From assembly GCA_028718745.1 (NCBI GenBank), contig JAQULF010000001.1, positions 111,078 to 175,077 of the forward strand: a stretch of 64,000 bases of DNA, in the 5' to 3' direction. The notes beneath the pieces are model-generated. The model was not told where the DNA came from and searched no databases. It worked only from the letters and a program-made list of their open reading frames with translations. Shown here one piece after another: positions 18,133-27,915 of this stretch. The stretch comes from Patescibacteria group bacterium (GTDB lineage: Bacteria; Patescibacteriota; JACPGU01). A program made the translations under genes and the position numbers. How positions within the stretch are numbered: position 1 is the first letter of the stretch; every line of letters begins with the position of its first letter.

Positions 18133-19902
18133 TTACTGCTCCATTTCTTGAAATAATCTTTTTGCTTCTTGCAAATTCGATTTTAGCTGAACGGCCTTTT
18201 CCAGGGCCGTTTTTGCTTGTTCTTTTTGCCCGATACCAATCAGATATTTGGCTTCTTCTAAATAAATAATCGGATTGCTGGGATCGAGTTCGATAGCTCT
18301 ATTATAAGCATCGATAGTTTTACTTTGCGCTTCTTTATCTTCCGGTTTGGTTGAATAAACTATGGCCAGAATCCGATAGCTTTCCGAATGTTTATTGCAT
18401 TCCTTAATAGTTCTTTCGGCCGAATTTAACGCCATATCATATTGGCCGGCAGACAACTGCTGCATCGCCAGCATTCCCCAATAGCGATCGATGTGAGAAT
18501 TATATTTTGTTGCGTTTTCATAATCGCCTTGAGCAGAATATACGGTTGCCAGATAAACTCTGCTCCAATAGAAATAAAAAAGGGCAACTATTAAAATCGA
18601 AAGAACAATAATAATCGTCGCTAACCATTTTTTGAAATTTAACTTGAGCTGTTTAACTTTGCCGTCTTGCAACGCTAGGATCATTCCAACCGCTAGCCAA
18701 AAATAAAGCGCCGTGGTAACCACGGAAAATCCCCCCAGATTAGCAACAAAGACGCCCAGCAATGATAACCCAACCGCAATCAAAAGCAGATCTTTCTTTT
18801 TGGAAAACAAAGTATATTTTAGCGCAAAAAATACCATTGCAAGATAAGCGAGCAAAGAGAAAATTCCGGTATTGGCGAGTATGTCGAGAAGTTCATTATG
18901 CGAGCGGTCAAAGAAGGGCGACCATTGGTCATTCATATTTATCTTAGGATCGCGATATTTAGGGAAGGAATACATAAGCGTTTCCGGACCGGTTCCCACA
19001 AGAGTATGGTCTCGGGCAATTTGTAGTGTGCCTTTCCAGGCAAAATAGCGCAGAGCAAAAGTGCCGTTGGTTTGCTCTTGTCCGTTAATAACCTCTCTAA
19101 AAAGTTGGAGATTAACCCTGCTTGATATTTGGGCGCGAAAATAAAAACCGATAATGGCTAGAAAAATCAATCCCGCTAAAAGCACTTTTTTATTTTTCCA
19201 AATAAATTTTTTGCCTAAAACAATTAAAGCAACTATGATTAAAACCACAAAAGCGAACCAAGCGGCGCGCGAAGCAGTTAAGACCAGAGCCAAGATGTTA
19301 ACCAGTAATAAGGCTGCGATCAAAATTTTATAAAAAACTTTTTTCTCTTTTATTAAAAAATAAATGTTGATGGGCAGAACAAAAACCAAATAAGCACCGA
19401 CAAAGTTTGGCTGTCCGAGCGTTGAAACCAACCTCGCGCTCCAGTTGCCCAGGTTATATATTTGGTATATTCCATAAAGAGAAACAAAGGCGCTGGAAAG
19501 CAGAATTGAATAAAGCATATCCTTAATCACTTCTTTCTCGCCGTGAAAAGTTTCTACAAAAATAAGAAGTAATAAGATATAAGAAAAAAGAGACAATACC
19601 CCACCGTTATAGCGCCACGAATTGCCAATAAGACTGGTATAAGGATGGATCGAAAAAGCCAATGAAATCAGGTTGAATAAAAAAAATAGCAAAATCAAAA
19701 CGGCCAATTTATTTTTTATCAAAGAAATCTTTTTCTCCGCCAAAACTTTCCAAACCCAAAAGATAAAAATCAAACCCGTGAAAAAATAAACCAAGGTAAT
19801 CTTGTTGGTTTCAAAGGGCTCTTCCGGCAACATCACCAAAAAAATCGGCGTCAAAAAGACCAGAAAAATGTAGAGGTTTTTGATAATATTCTTTATTCGC
19901 AT
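18133..19902 (-). CDS. O-antigen ligase (Wzy_C/WaaL-like) family membrane protein with C-terminal TPR repeats
   Basis: ~10 TM helices with LTASRAAWFAFVVLIIVAL and SHNELLDILANTGIFSLLAY motifs; C-terminal TPR-like repeats (…AIVYSTKPEDKEAQSKTIDAYNRAIELDPSNPIIYLEEAKYLI…). Confidence 0.7.
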   Translation of the reverse strand: MRIKNIIKNLYIFLVFLTPIFLVMLPEEPFETNKITLVYFFTGLIFIFWVWKVLAEKKISLIKNKLAVLILLFFLFNLISLAFSIHPYTSLIGNSWRYNGGVLSLFSYILLLLIFVETFHGEKEVIKDMLYSILLSSAFVSLYGIYQIYNLGNWSARLVSTLGQPNFVGAYLVFVLPINIYFLIKEKKVFYKILIAALLLVNILALVLTASRAAWFAFVVLIIVALIVLGKKFIWKNKKVLLAGLIFLAIIGFYFRAQISSRVNLQLFREVINGQEQTNGTFALRYFAWKGTLQIARDHTLVGTGPETLMYSFPKYRDPKINMNDQWSPFFDRSHNELLDILANTGIFSLLAYLAMVFFALKYTLFSKKKDLLLIAVGLSLLGVFVANLGGFSVVTTALYFWLAVGMILALQDGKVKQLKLNFKKWLATIIIVLSILIVALFYFYWSRVYLATVYSAQGDYENATKYNSHIDRYWGMLAMQQLSAGQYDMALNSAERTIKECNKHSESYRILAIVYSTKPEDKEAQSKTIDAYNRAIELDPSNPIIYLEEAKYLIGIGQKEQAKTALEKAVQLKSNLQEAKRLFQEMEQ

Positions 19903-19937
19903 GAGAATAGTATAGGATATTTTAGGACAAAAAAACA

Positions 19938-19975
19938 GAGGCCGCGCTTCGCGCGGCCTCGTGAGATTCGTTCAT
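19938..19975 (-). terminator. intrinsic terminator for gene 20001..21101 (GAGGCCGCGC-ttc-GCGCGGCCTC then T-run on minus strand)
   Basis: Perfect 10-bp GC stem; minus strand reads ...GAGGCCGCGCgaaGCGCGGCCTCtgttttttt. Confidence 0.7.
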
Positions 19976-20000
19976 TGAATTTGCTGAAGTTGAAACTGGA

Positions 20001-21101
20001 TCAGCGATTGCGCGCTTTGGCCTTGTTCTCCCAGTACATCTTTCCGAAGAGCTTGTCTTCGGGGATGCTCTGGAGAGAGCGACCCGCCACCCTGCCGGAA
20101 TCGGCCGGCAGAACGGTGATGGCGAGACAGAACTCCGAGCCCTCGATGTCGGTCGGATTGATGAGGTTGTAATACCACCCCGCCCAGTCACCGAGATAGC
20201 CAGAGTCGATCGCGTCCGGTTTCGTCTGGAGCTTGAAGCACTCCTGATATTCGCCCGGCGCGGCATTTTTGCCGGACAAGTAAAACATCAGGTCTCCGGA
20301 TTCTCCCGGAAGAATCGTCTCCTGATTCCACATGGTCATGTCGGAAACGACTCTTTGGTCATACCACGATGAGCCATCGTAGAAAGGCGACTGAATCTCG
20401 GCCTCATCGGAGAGAACCATGTAAATCCGGTTCTTCCGATTGTCAAAATTTGACCACGCCGTATTCCCCGTGTTTGTCACATGAATCGAGTAAAGATTGT
20501 CGGGATATATGGCATCCTCTCCTGAAGTCAGAGCGATGGTCAGACTCGACGATGCGACTTCGGCTGCATAGTTCTCTACGAAGTCGCCGGGAACAACCTC
20601 GATGATCATGTCTTTCTCGATCTGTGCGGAGCCTGCCGGCAATCCGACAACTTCGGCTTTCACCGTAAGTATCTTAGAACGGTCCGGCGTAACGGAAATG
20701 GTTGACAGATCGACTGATGTTGTCGCCACTCCGTTAATCGAGCTCACGACATGGATAATCGGTCCGATCACTGTATCGCCATCGAGCAAGCGAAAGCGAA
20801 CCGTGACTCCCGGAATTCCGCATCCATACATTCCACCCGAACAGAGCCCGGACGCGTAAACACCGACATTCTTTCTCTCGCCGGACCTTGCGATCTGGTA
20901 ATCGTAAGACTGGTAGGTGTCTTGCATTATGTCGCCCTCGCCGAATGGGTCGAGATAATCGACCATCTGGGCCGCATGAACATCAACGGGCACAATCTGT
21001 TGAGCAGCCGGACCGGCCGAACTTCCGCCTCCGCCGCAACCGGAGACGGACAGAACAACGACCAGCAAAAACGCGAAGAACACCGGGAAAGACTTTTTCA
21101 T
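20001..21101 (-). CDS. GC-rich lipoprotein with a C-terminal beta-sandwich domain related to the NTG..W / PGE repeat domain
   Basis: Lipobox LSVSGCGGGG; HVTNTGNTAWSN...PGESGDLMFYLSGKNAAPGEYQECFKL...DWAGWYYNL. GC content markedly above the window average, suggesting horizontal origin. Confidence 0.5.
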   Translation of the reverse strand: MKKSFPVFFAFLLVVVLSVSGCGGGGSSAGPAAQQIVPVDVHAAQMVDYLDPFGEGDIMQDTYQSYDYQIARSGERKNVGVYASGLCSGGMYGCGIPGVTVRFRLLDGDTVIGPIIHVVSSINGVATTSVDLSTISVTPDRSKILTVKAEVVGLPAGSAQIEKDMIIEVVPGDFVENYAAEVASSSLTIALTSGEDAIYPDNLYSIHVTNTGNTAWSNFDNRKNRIYMVLSDEAEIQSPFYDGSSWYDQRVVSDMTMWNQETILPGESGDLMFYLSGKNAAPGEYQECFKLQTKPDAIDSGYLGDWAGWYYNLINPTDIEGSEFCLAITVLPADSGRVAGRSLQSIPEDKLFGKMYWENKAKARNR

Positions 21102-21373
21102 TGTTTCTCACCTCGTTTGATTTCCCCTCTTAACTGCTTAGCCACGATAGGGGTTAGCGGCTTATATTTTACTGGTTAAAAACCAGATTTTTCTCTTACA
21201 AATTTTCAAGGTTCATAATGTTATCATTATATCACAAAAATATATCTTTGTCAACACTACTTTTTGGCTAAAATAACACAAAAAGCGGTCTTTTAAACCG
21301 CCTAAAATACCTTGCCGAAGGCATACTTAATTTTTTATACTTTATTTTTGATTTTTTATCTTATTCAATTCAA

Positions 21374-24300
21374 TTACATGTCAATTGAATAAATCCCCAC
21401 TCTCACATTCCGATTTGTGTTAATTTTACCCACATCCGTTCCGGTATAGAAGTATCTTAAAATTTCTTTATAGCTTTTACCGTCATTGGCCATGCCGCGA
21501 GCGCCTCTTCCGCTCATACCAACCCCATGGCCTAACATCGGATAACCGGCGCTCCAAGGATCGGGAACAGAAACCAGCCATGGATAATCACTTTGTTTTG
21601 AACCCCAAACTTCCGAGATCGAACGAGTTCGCCCATCAGATTGAGTGTAGTAAGGAGTTAAAACCGGATTACTATTATAAGTCACGACTTGTCCGGCCGT
21701 ATCATCGACTGCGCGAGGAATATTATTGGCGCGAGTGGCAAAATTGTAGCCTTGATAAATTTGATCGTCGCCATTGCCATTGCGTGAATTTTTAAGCGTT
21801 ATAAAATCATCCGGCCACCTTCCACCTCGGCTCAAGTGGTAATAGATATAGCTCCGTTCCGCGACCACGGCCGATTTAACATATTCGTAACCGGCACTAT
21901 CCAATGGTTCGGAAACGCCTTTCAGATAATCTTCAATATTCAAATCATTAATCACCCAGAGTTTATGGCTTTTGGTGCTATAGCGAATCTCAATCACGCC
22001 CTTGAATCTATTATCATTAATAGATGGATTCCAAGCCGGCCGATCGGTATAAGAATCTACCGTAAAAATAGTCGGTACCGCCCAAGGAACGATACTAACC
22101 CAGCCGGTCGCTTCAATGACATTGCCATTATTGATTTTGAAAAAGTGCTTGCCGCCATTGTAGTAAGCTGTAACAATATCCCCATTTTTTCCTTCGGCTA
22201 ATTTCGCTCCCGAATCATTAACCACTATAAATGGCCCGTTGGAAGAAACTTTCACAGTTTGAACACCGTTGGGAATACTAATTAGCTGGGTACTATTATT
22301 TGAATTATTTGCAGTCGCATTCACATCTTGTCCACCAGCTGGCGGGTTAACGGTTATTTGCCAATAAATCCCAATGTCTTTAAACCAAGCCACGCCATCG
22401 CGAACAAGTGTAAAGTATTCTTTGTAGACTTTCGCTTCCGATGGAGCCGTGATGTTAAATGTGAAGCGGACATTTTCACCGGGATTGACCGTGTCTTTGT
22501 CCATTGCCACACGGTTAGAAGAAATAAAAGGACTAATTCGATCTCTTGGGTTAGCGGTAGCTAGACGAACCGGAGTTGCGTCATCTTTTTTCCAAATTTT
22601 GTTGCCGGTATTTTTTACTTCCAGCCAAATTTGCTGTGTCGTACCGGCATTCATTGAAATAAAAGGGCTTTGAGAAATATAATCAAAATCGTCTTTATCG
22701 CTAGCCGAAACTACCGGGGTATTATTAACAACGCTGGCTGATGGTACAACCATAAAATTCCAGAAGATGCCAATATCATCTGTCCAACCAATACCATCGG
22801 CAACCAATCCAAACTTTTCCTTGGTTAAACCAAGGGTAGTGGGAGCGGTAATGGTAAAATCGAATCTAGCTGTCTCACCCGGCGCAACTTTATCCTGACT
22901 CATGGCGATTCTATTTTTGGAAAGCCAAGAGGAATTGGCGAAAGCGCTTTCTTTGTCATCAATGGTGGCCAGATGAAAAAAATCTTTATACCAATTGGTT
23001 ATGCCGGTATTTTTTACTTCCAAAGAAACGGCTTTTGTCTCTCCGGAATTCAGAGTTGGGTACGCGCTTTGATTCATTAAACTAAAGGTGTAGGCACTAA
23101 TTTTTTGGCTGTAGACTTTTGGTTCGCTCGGCGTCGGTGTAGTAACCAATTGTCCACCGGCAGCATTAACTGTGATATTCCACTCTACATTAAGTAAGTT
23201 TCCGCCTTCGATATTTCGGCTATCCGAGCGGATGGTAAACTTTTCATTATATTGTCCGGGATTATTTGGCGCGGTGATTACAAATGAAATTCGGCCCGTT
23301 GCTCCCGAACTGATATTGGAATTATTAAAGCTGCCTGGGCTTTTTTTGCTTTCCCAATCGCCATCGGTGTAGAAAAGACTGTCGCGATTATTGGAAGTTA
23401 CTAATTTTATAGCATCGCCACTGGTCCAGTTCTTACTCCCCACATTTTTTACATCTACCCAAAGTGTTGCTTGTTTACCGGCAGCTAAAATCTGATCGGC
23501 AGCTTTATCAACTACTTTACCCCTATATTCCGGCGTAACAACATTGAGGTTGGCGCTAAAACCACCACCGGAAACTAAATTTCCTCCCAACCTGGTTTCA
23601 AAGCTTTGAGATAATCCTTGGTTAATACTTGGAGCAGTGATGTTTAAATTAAAGTTTCCGATTTCACCCGGCTCAACACTTCTTCCGAAGCTAACTAATT
23701 CAGCGCTTAGGCTTCCTCCGACACCACTAATAGATAGTTTGTTATCGCCTCCGGAAGGCCAAGGAGTATTGCCGGTATTTTTCAAACTGGCTTTAATTTT
23801 GGTAGTATCGCCGCCATAAACTTGCGCTCCATTATCGACCGAAATAAATTGAGCGCTCACTTTTTTGGCCGGATAGGTTTTCAGTTTAGTATCTGTTTTT
23901 CCTCTTAAATCTTGGATTCTTTCGTAAATAGTATTGCCCGGACAGGAGGTGGCATTTAAGTCTTTGTGTCCGACTATGGTTGGGATAGTTTTATTCTTCA
24001 AATAAACTTGACCGGTTGGATTGATACCATATTGAAAGGATTTATAGGCGATTAAATTTATTAAGGCATCATATTGAGCCGTCTCGAGATTGCGAACATT
24101 ATAGTCGCCGATCAAAACTATGCCAATCGTCCCGCTATTATAACCGAGAGTATGGCCGGCAATTACTCCGCCGCCGCCCGATCGGCCTTCATAGATACTG
24201 CCATTAACATCAATGACATAATTGTAACCAATATCGCCCCAGCCGTAACTGACCGCATGGCCATAATAAAGATTGCGCACTACGCTCATCTGATCCGCCA

Positions 24301-24907
24301 CTTTTGCGCCTTCTTCTCCGGCTGTATGGTGAATTACGAAGGCTTTAGGTCCATCGTACTCCGGCTTCCAGGTCATCCAAGATTCATTGGCGCCCCATTC
24401 AGATCGGGAAATTATCTTTGGCCCCAGACCGGAATTGTCTAGAGAAATTTTAGTTATTCCAGTCTGGCCTGAAGTATTAAAAAAATTAAAATTTATTTTG
24501 AAATTTTTGCCGATGTCGTTGCCACTAAAATCAATTTTGTATTGAAGATATTGGTCGCTATCGCTGTTATATACTTCTCCGTAAATCCAATCATTATTAT
24601 CCTTGCCATTTTCCGGATTAAGAAGCGCCCATGCTCCCAAAGTATTTTCGGATTTACCTGTTCTTAGAAAAATAGCAACATTGCCAAAACCATTCGACCA
24701 CTTGCTGGCAATACCCGTAAAAGCGAAATCGTTTTTTTCAACAGCTGAAATATACTCTCCTTTATCAACAGAAATTGTTTTTTCAAGAGTCTTGCTTGGA
24801 ATATCGCTTGATTTTGCAGAAACAAAACCTATCCCTGAAAAAGGAATAAGACTGGAAATTAGGATTAAGAAAGATAAAAATGTGATGACTTTATTTCGTA
24901 TAATCAT
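21374..24907 (-). CDS. large secreted cell-wall hydrolase: N-acetylmuramoyl-L-alanine amidase (Amidase_2/PGRP) + ~5 repeated beta-sandwich domains + C-terminal SpoIID/LytB domain
   Basis: KAFVIHHTAGEEGAKVADQMSVVRNLYYGHAVSYGWGDIGYNYVIDVNGSIYEGRSGG (Amidase_2); repeated NTG..W...NR(I/V)AM...PGE...F.L..DG domains; C-terminal SpoIID-like region (…YTQSDGRTRSISEVWGS…GHGVGMSGRGA). Confidence 0.75.
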   Translation of the reverse strand: MIIRNKVITFLSFLILISSLIPFSGIGFVSAKSSDIPSKTLEKTISVDKGEYISAVEKNDFAFTGIASKWSNGFGNVAIFLRTGKSENTLGAWALLNPENGKDNNDWIYGEVYNSDSDQYLQYKIDFSGNDIGKNFKINFNFFNTSGQTGITKISLDNSGLGPKIISRSEWGANESWMTWKPEYDGPKAFVIHHTAGEEGAKVADQMSVVRNLYYGHAVSYGWGDIGYNYVIDVNGSIYEGRSGGGGVIAGHTLGYNSGTIGIVLIGDYNVRNLETAQYDALINLIAYKSFQYGINPTGQVYLKNKTIPTIVGHKDLNATSCPGNTIYERIQDLRGKTDTKLKTYPAKKVSAQFISVDNGAQVYGGDTTKIKASLKNTGNTPWPSGGDNKLSISGVGGSLSAELVSFGRSVEPGEIGNFNLNITAPSINQGLSQSFETRLGGNLVSGGGFSANLNVVTPEYRGKVVDKAADQILAAGKQATLWVDVKNVGSKNWTSGDAIKLVTSNNRDSLFYTDGDWESKKSPGSFNNSNISSGATGRISFVITAPNNPGQYNEKFTIRSDSRNIEGGNLLNVEWNITVNAAGGQLVTTPTPSEPKVYSQKISAYTFSLMNQSAYPTLNSGETKAVSLEVKNTGITNWYKDFFHLATIDDKESAFANSSWLSKNRIAMSQDKVAPGETARFDFTITAPTTLGLTKEKFGLVADGIGWTDDIGIFWNFMVVPSASVVNNTPVVSASDKDDFDYISQSPFISMNAGTTQQIWLEVKNTGNKIWKKDDATPVRLATANPRDRISPFISSNRVAMDKDTVNPGENVRFTFNITAPSEAKVYKEYFTLVRDGVAWFKDIGIYWQITVNPPAGGQDVNATANNSNNSTQLISIPNGVQTVKVSSNGPFIVVNDSGAKLAEGKNGDIVTAYYNGGKHFFKINNGNVIEATGWVSIVPWAVPTIFTVDSYTDRPAWNPSINDNRFKGVIEIRYSTKSHKLWVINDLNIEDYLKGVSEPLDSAGYEYVKSAVVAERSYIYYHLSRGGRWPDDFITLKNSRNGNGDDQIYQGYNFATRANNIPRAVDDTAGQVVTYNSNPVLTPYYTQSDGRTRSISEVWGSKQSDYPWLVSVPDPWSAGYPMLGHGVGMSGRGARGMANDGKSYKEILRYFYTGTDVGKINTNRNVRVGIYSIDM

Positions 24908-24988
24908 AAATCTATTATCGTATTTGTTTGGTAAAAAGTCAAATCATTTGGAAAGTAAAAAACTAATTTTCAACAAACAAGGTTGGGA

Positions 24989-25010
24989 GTTATAACAAAG
25001 TTATAACAAT
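24989..25010 (+). promoter_or_regulatory. tandem direct repeat AGTTATAACAA x2 (each containing the palindrome GTTATAAC) upstream of the hsp20 promoter: candidate operator
   Basis: gagttataacaaagttataacaat, copies spaced 11 bp, 11 bp upstream of the -35 box. Confidence 0.4.
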
Positions 25011-25021
25011 CAAAAATCTAT

Positions 25022-25049
25022 TTGCATTTTATAAACAACATACTATAAT
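25022..25049 (+). promoter_or_regulatory. sigma70-like promoter TTGCAT-16-TATAAT for hsp20
   Basis: TTGCATtttataaacaacatacTATAAT. Confidence 0.5.
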
Positions 25050-25115
25050 TAGAATTAAGAAATTAAAATATAAAAAACTAAAACAAATAAAAGTATTTGG
25101 GGAGGGAAAATACAC

Positions 25116-25559
25116 ATGCTAAAAAGTGAAATTGAAAAATTTTTTTCCGATGAGGATGATTTTTTGGGTGGAAATAACACCGAATTGGTTGCCAGCGACG
25201 ATAACGATTTGATGAGCGATGAGCTTGAGGGCCAGCTCTCAATTGACATGTACCAGACCGACGATGATCTAATTATTAAAGCTCCCGTAGCCGGCGTTGA
25301 TCCGAATGATCTTGAGGTTTCTGTCACAGAAGATTCGTTTGTGATTCGCGGAAAAAGACATGATGAACACAAACAAGAAAAGGGTAATTATTTTGTACAC
25401 GAATGTTACTGGGGATCTTTCAGCCGCAGCGAGTCTCTGCCGGTACCGGTAGTCGCTGAAAAAGCCGAAGCTTCGATCAACAAAAAAGGCGTCTTAACTA
25501 TTCGCGTACCAAAGTCTTCAAAAGGAAAAAGTAAGACTTTAAAGATAAAAACAGAGTAA
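25116..25559 (+). CDS. Hsp20/alpha-crystallin family small heat-shock protein
   Basis: Alpha-crystallin domain (…DMYQTDDDLIIKAPVAGVDPNDLEVSVTEDSFVIRGKR…GSFSRSESLP…INKKGVLTIRVPK). Confidence 0.85.
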   Translation: MLKSEIEKFFSDEDDFLGGNNTELVASDDNDLMSDELEGQLSIDMYQTDDDLIIKAPVAGVDPNDLEVSVTEDSFVIRGKRHDEHKQEKGNYFVHECYWGSFSRSESLPVPVVAEKAEASINKKGVLTIRVPKSSKGKSKTLKIKTE

Positions 25560-25564
25560 ATTCA

Positions 25565-25596
25565 CCCCGTCAAATCCGAAAGGCAATTTGACGGGG
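25565..25596 (+). promoter_or_regulatory. conserved GNRA-tetraloop hairpin CCCCGTCAAATCC-GAAA-GGCAATTTGACGGGG + GTAAAAATAA, 13 nt upstream of the ATG of 25610
   Basis: 11-bp perfect inverted arms; a 32-nt stretch is identical to the copy at 27916-27948. Confidence 0.6.
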
Positions 25597-25609
25597 TAAA
25601 AATAAAATT

Positions 25610-26971
25610 ATGAATAAAAAAATTCTCATTATCGGTGGAGCCGTAATCGCTCTAATAATAATTATTATTGGGGGTATTCTGATTTTTAGAAAACCGGCAC
25701 CAACGCCAAGTCCAACTCCGGTAGATTGCGTTAAAGATCCTACCAATAAAGCTTGTCCTCAATTACCCAATCCCAATCAAGAAGCTAACCTTACTATGTG
25801 GGGAGTTTTTGACGATGGCTCCATTTTTCAGCCGCTAATAAGCGCTTTCAATAAACAGTATCCCAACATCAAAATTACTTATGTAAAAAAATCATATAGC
25901 GATTATGAGGCTACTATGGTTGATGCTATCGCTTCGGATACGGGACCGGATATTTTTAATGTATCCAATTTCTGGCTTCCAAAGCATAAATCAAAGATGG
26001 CTTCCGCGCCTCAAGAAGTTTTTTCAGCCCAGGAATTCAACCAAGGCTTTATTCAATCAGCCTACGATGATTTTGTTTCGGATGGCAAGGTTTATGGAGT
26101 TCCTTTATATACCGACAATCTCGTTCTCTATTACAATAAAAGACTGATGGCCAAAGACAGTCTTTATGAACCGCCCCAGAATTGGAACGATGTTGTAACC
26201 TATTCAAAGATATTAACCAAAAAAGTTCCCGGCGGTTCCGACGAGTTAACTCAAGCCGGAATAGCCTTGGGAACTAGTAGTATTACCAGATCCGCCGATA
26301 TTCTGACAGCTATGATGCTGCAAACCGGCACACCTATAATATCTGATGACAAGCGATCTTTCAATTTCAATCAATTTAGAAAAAACGCGCAGGGAAGTCC
26401 GGAGTATCCCGGCACCAATGCCTTAAGCTTTTACACTTCTTTCGCCGACCCCTCCAAAGCTTCTTATTCATGGAATGACTCATTCGGAGATCCGGTTAAC
26501 GCCTTTGCTCAAGAAAAAGTGGCTATGATCGTTGGTTATTCGTATTTTGCTTCCTTGATAGAAAGAGCTAATCCAACCGTATCTTATGATATTGCTCCTC
26601 TGCCACAAATAAAGGGGGCTCCCGAAAATGTTGATTTTGTTAACTACTGGGGCTGGTCGGTTTCCAATCGATCAAAAAATCAGACGGCCGCTTGGTTGTT
26701 CTTGAAATTTCTAACCGAGAAGGAACAAATTAATAACTACCTTCAGGCAACCGGCAGAACTTCTCCTCAAAAAAATACCGTGGGAGCCAGCAATAAAGTT
26801 TTTGATGGCCAGAAATATTATGCTAAAACTATTTTTAAGGGAAATGCGGAAAACTTTGATCAGATCTTTACCGAAATGATCGATGATGTAGTAAAATACA
26901 AACAGCCCAATCAAAGCGCTATTGATACAGCTGCCCGAAAGGCTAATGAAATGTTAAGTAAATACTATTAA
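25610..26971 (+). CDS. ABC transporter extracellular solute-binding protein (family 1, sugar-type)
   Basis: Signal anchor plus Pro/Thr linker, then TMWGVFDDGSIFQPLISAFNKQYPNIKITYV…, typical of SBP_bac_1. Confidence 0.75.
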   Translation: MNKKILIIGGAVIALIIIIIGGILIFRKPAPTPSPTPVDCVKDPTNKACPQLPNPNQEANLTMWGVFDDGSIFQPLISAFNKQYPNIKITYVKKSYSDYEATMVDAIASDTGPDIFNVSNFWLPKHKSKMASAPQEVFSAQEFNQGFIQSAYDDFVSDGKVYGVPLYTDNLVLYYNKRLMAKDSLYEPPQNWNDVVTYSKILTKKVPGGSDELTQAGIALGTSSITRSADILTAMMLQTGTPIISDDKRSFNFNQFRKNAQGSPEYPGTNALSFYTSFADPSKASYSWNDSFGDPVNAFAQEKVAMIVGYSYFASLIERANPTVSYDIAPLPQIKGAPENVDFVNYWGWSVSNRSKNQTAAWLFLKFLTEKEQINNYLQATGRTSPQKNTVGASNKVFDGQKYYAKTIFKGNAENFDQIFTEMIDDVVKYKQPNQSAIDTAARKANEMLSKYY

Positions 26972-27062
26972 AACCAAAGAGGCGGGGGTTGATATTTTTT
27001 CCAACAATAGAAAGATAAAAACCATAAAAAAAATCATTGCCTTATTTTTTGGCCTGTATTTT

Positions 27063-27839
27063 GTGTCTTTATCGATTTTTTTTATATTATTGCCGCAAAA
27101 TGTTCTGGCTGCTCCCATAATAGATGATAGTTCCGGCGGCCAAATCATAACCGATCCTACATCCGGCTCACAGATACAAGCAAATGAAGCCGCAGCGAAA
27201 CAACAGATTAAAACGGCCTGTGATGTCATTGGCGGAACAGTTAACCAGACAACGGGCTATTGCGAAAAAGATGGGAGAGTTTTGGGCAGTAACGAACTGT
27301 ATGGACCAAAAATAAGCGTCATTGATTCACTAGTTGGCATCTTTCAGAACCTTATCATCTCGGCGGCTTTTTTGATATTTGTCTGGGGCATTCTTACCTA
27401 TACAACCAGTGCGGGAGGAAAAGGCGTAGAGAAGGCCAAAGAGTATATTCTTAGCGCTGTTATAGCTTTAGCGGCACTTGTTCTGGTCAGAGTGTTTTTT
27501 AAAAATACCATTGGGGAGACTCCATTGCCAACAGCAACAGGATCGCTTGATGAAATTTTAAATATAATAAGAGGTGGAGCAGGCACTACCGGACCATTGG
27601 AAATTTTTAATGTGCTAAGCCGCCTTTTGACCGGAATTACCAACTGGTTGCTTATAGGTTTTCCGGCTACAGCTCTTATTTTTATAATGTATTCCGGCCT
27701 TCTTTATATTTTTTCCGCCGGTAATCCTAAAAAAACCGAGGCGGCCGTAAAAAGCCTAAACACTTCTATTCTTGGCTTCGTTTTCTTCTTAATGTTATAT
27801 GCTCTGTGGTATTTCATTCGAAGTTTTCTGGGAGCATAG
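27063..27839 (+). CDS. hypothetical secreted multi-TM protein, possible pilin-like/TrbC-like component
   Basis: Signal peptide, soluble domain, then several C-terminal hydrophobic helices; adjacent to the VirB2-like gene. Confidence 0.3.
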   Translation: MSLSIFFILLPQNVLAAPIIDDSSGGQIITDPTSGSQIQANEAAAKQQIKTACDVIGGTVNQTTGYCEKDGRVLGSNELYGPKISVIDSLVGIFQNLIISAAFLIFVWGILTYTTSAGGKGVEKAKEYILSAVIALAALVLVRVFFKNTIGETPLPTATGSLDEILNIIRGGAGTTGPLEIFNVLSRLLTGITNWLLIGFPATALIFIMYSGLLYIFSAGNPKKTEAAVKSLNTSILGFVFFLMLYALWYFIRSFLGA

Positions 27840-27915
27840 AGGTATTGCAAAAAAATATATATCTTGTAAAATAAAATAGAAAATAACTGGTCCATGCGGA
27901 CTGTTGATAATATAT

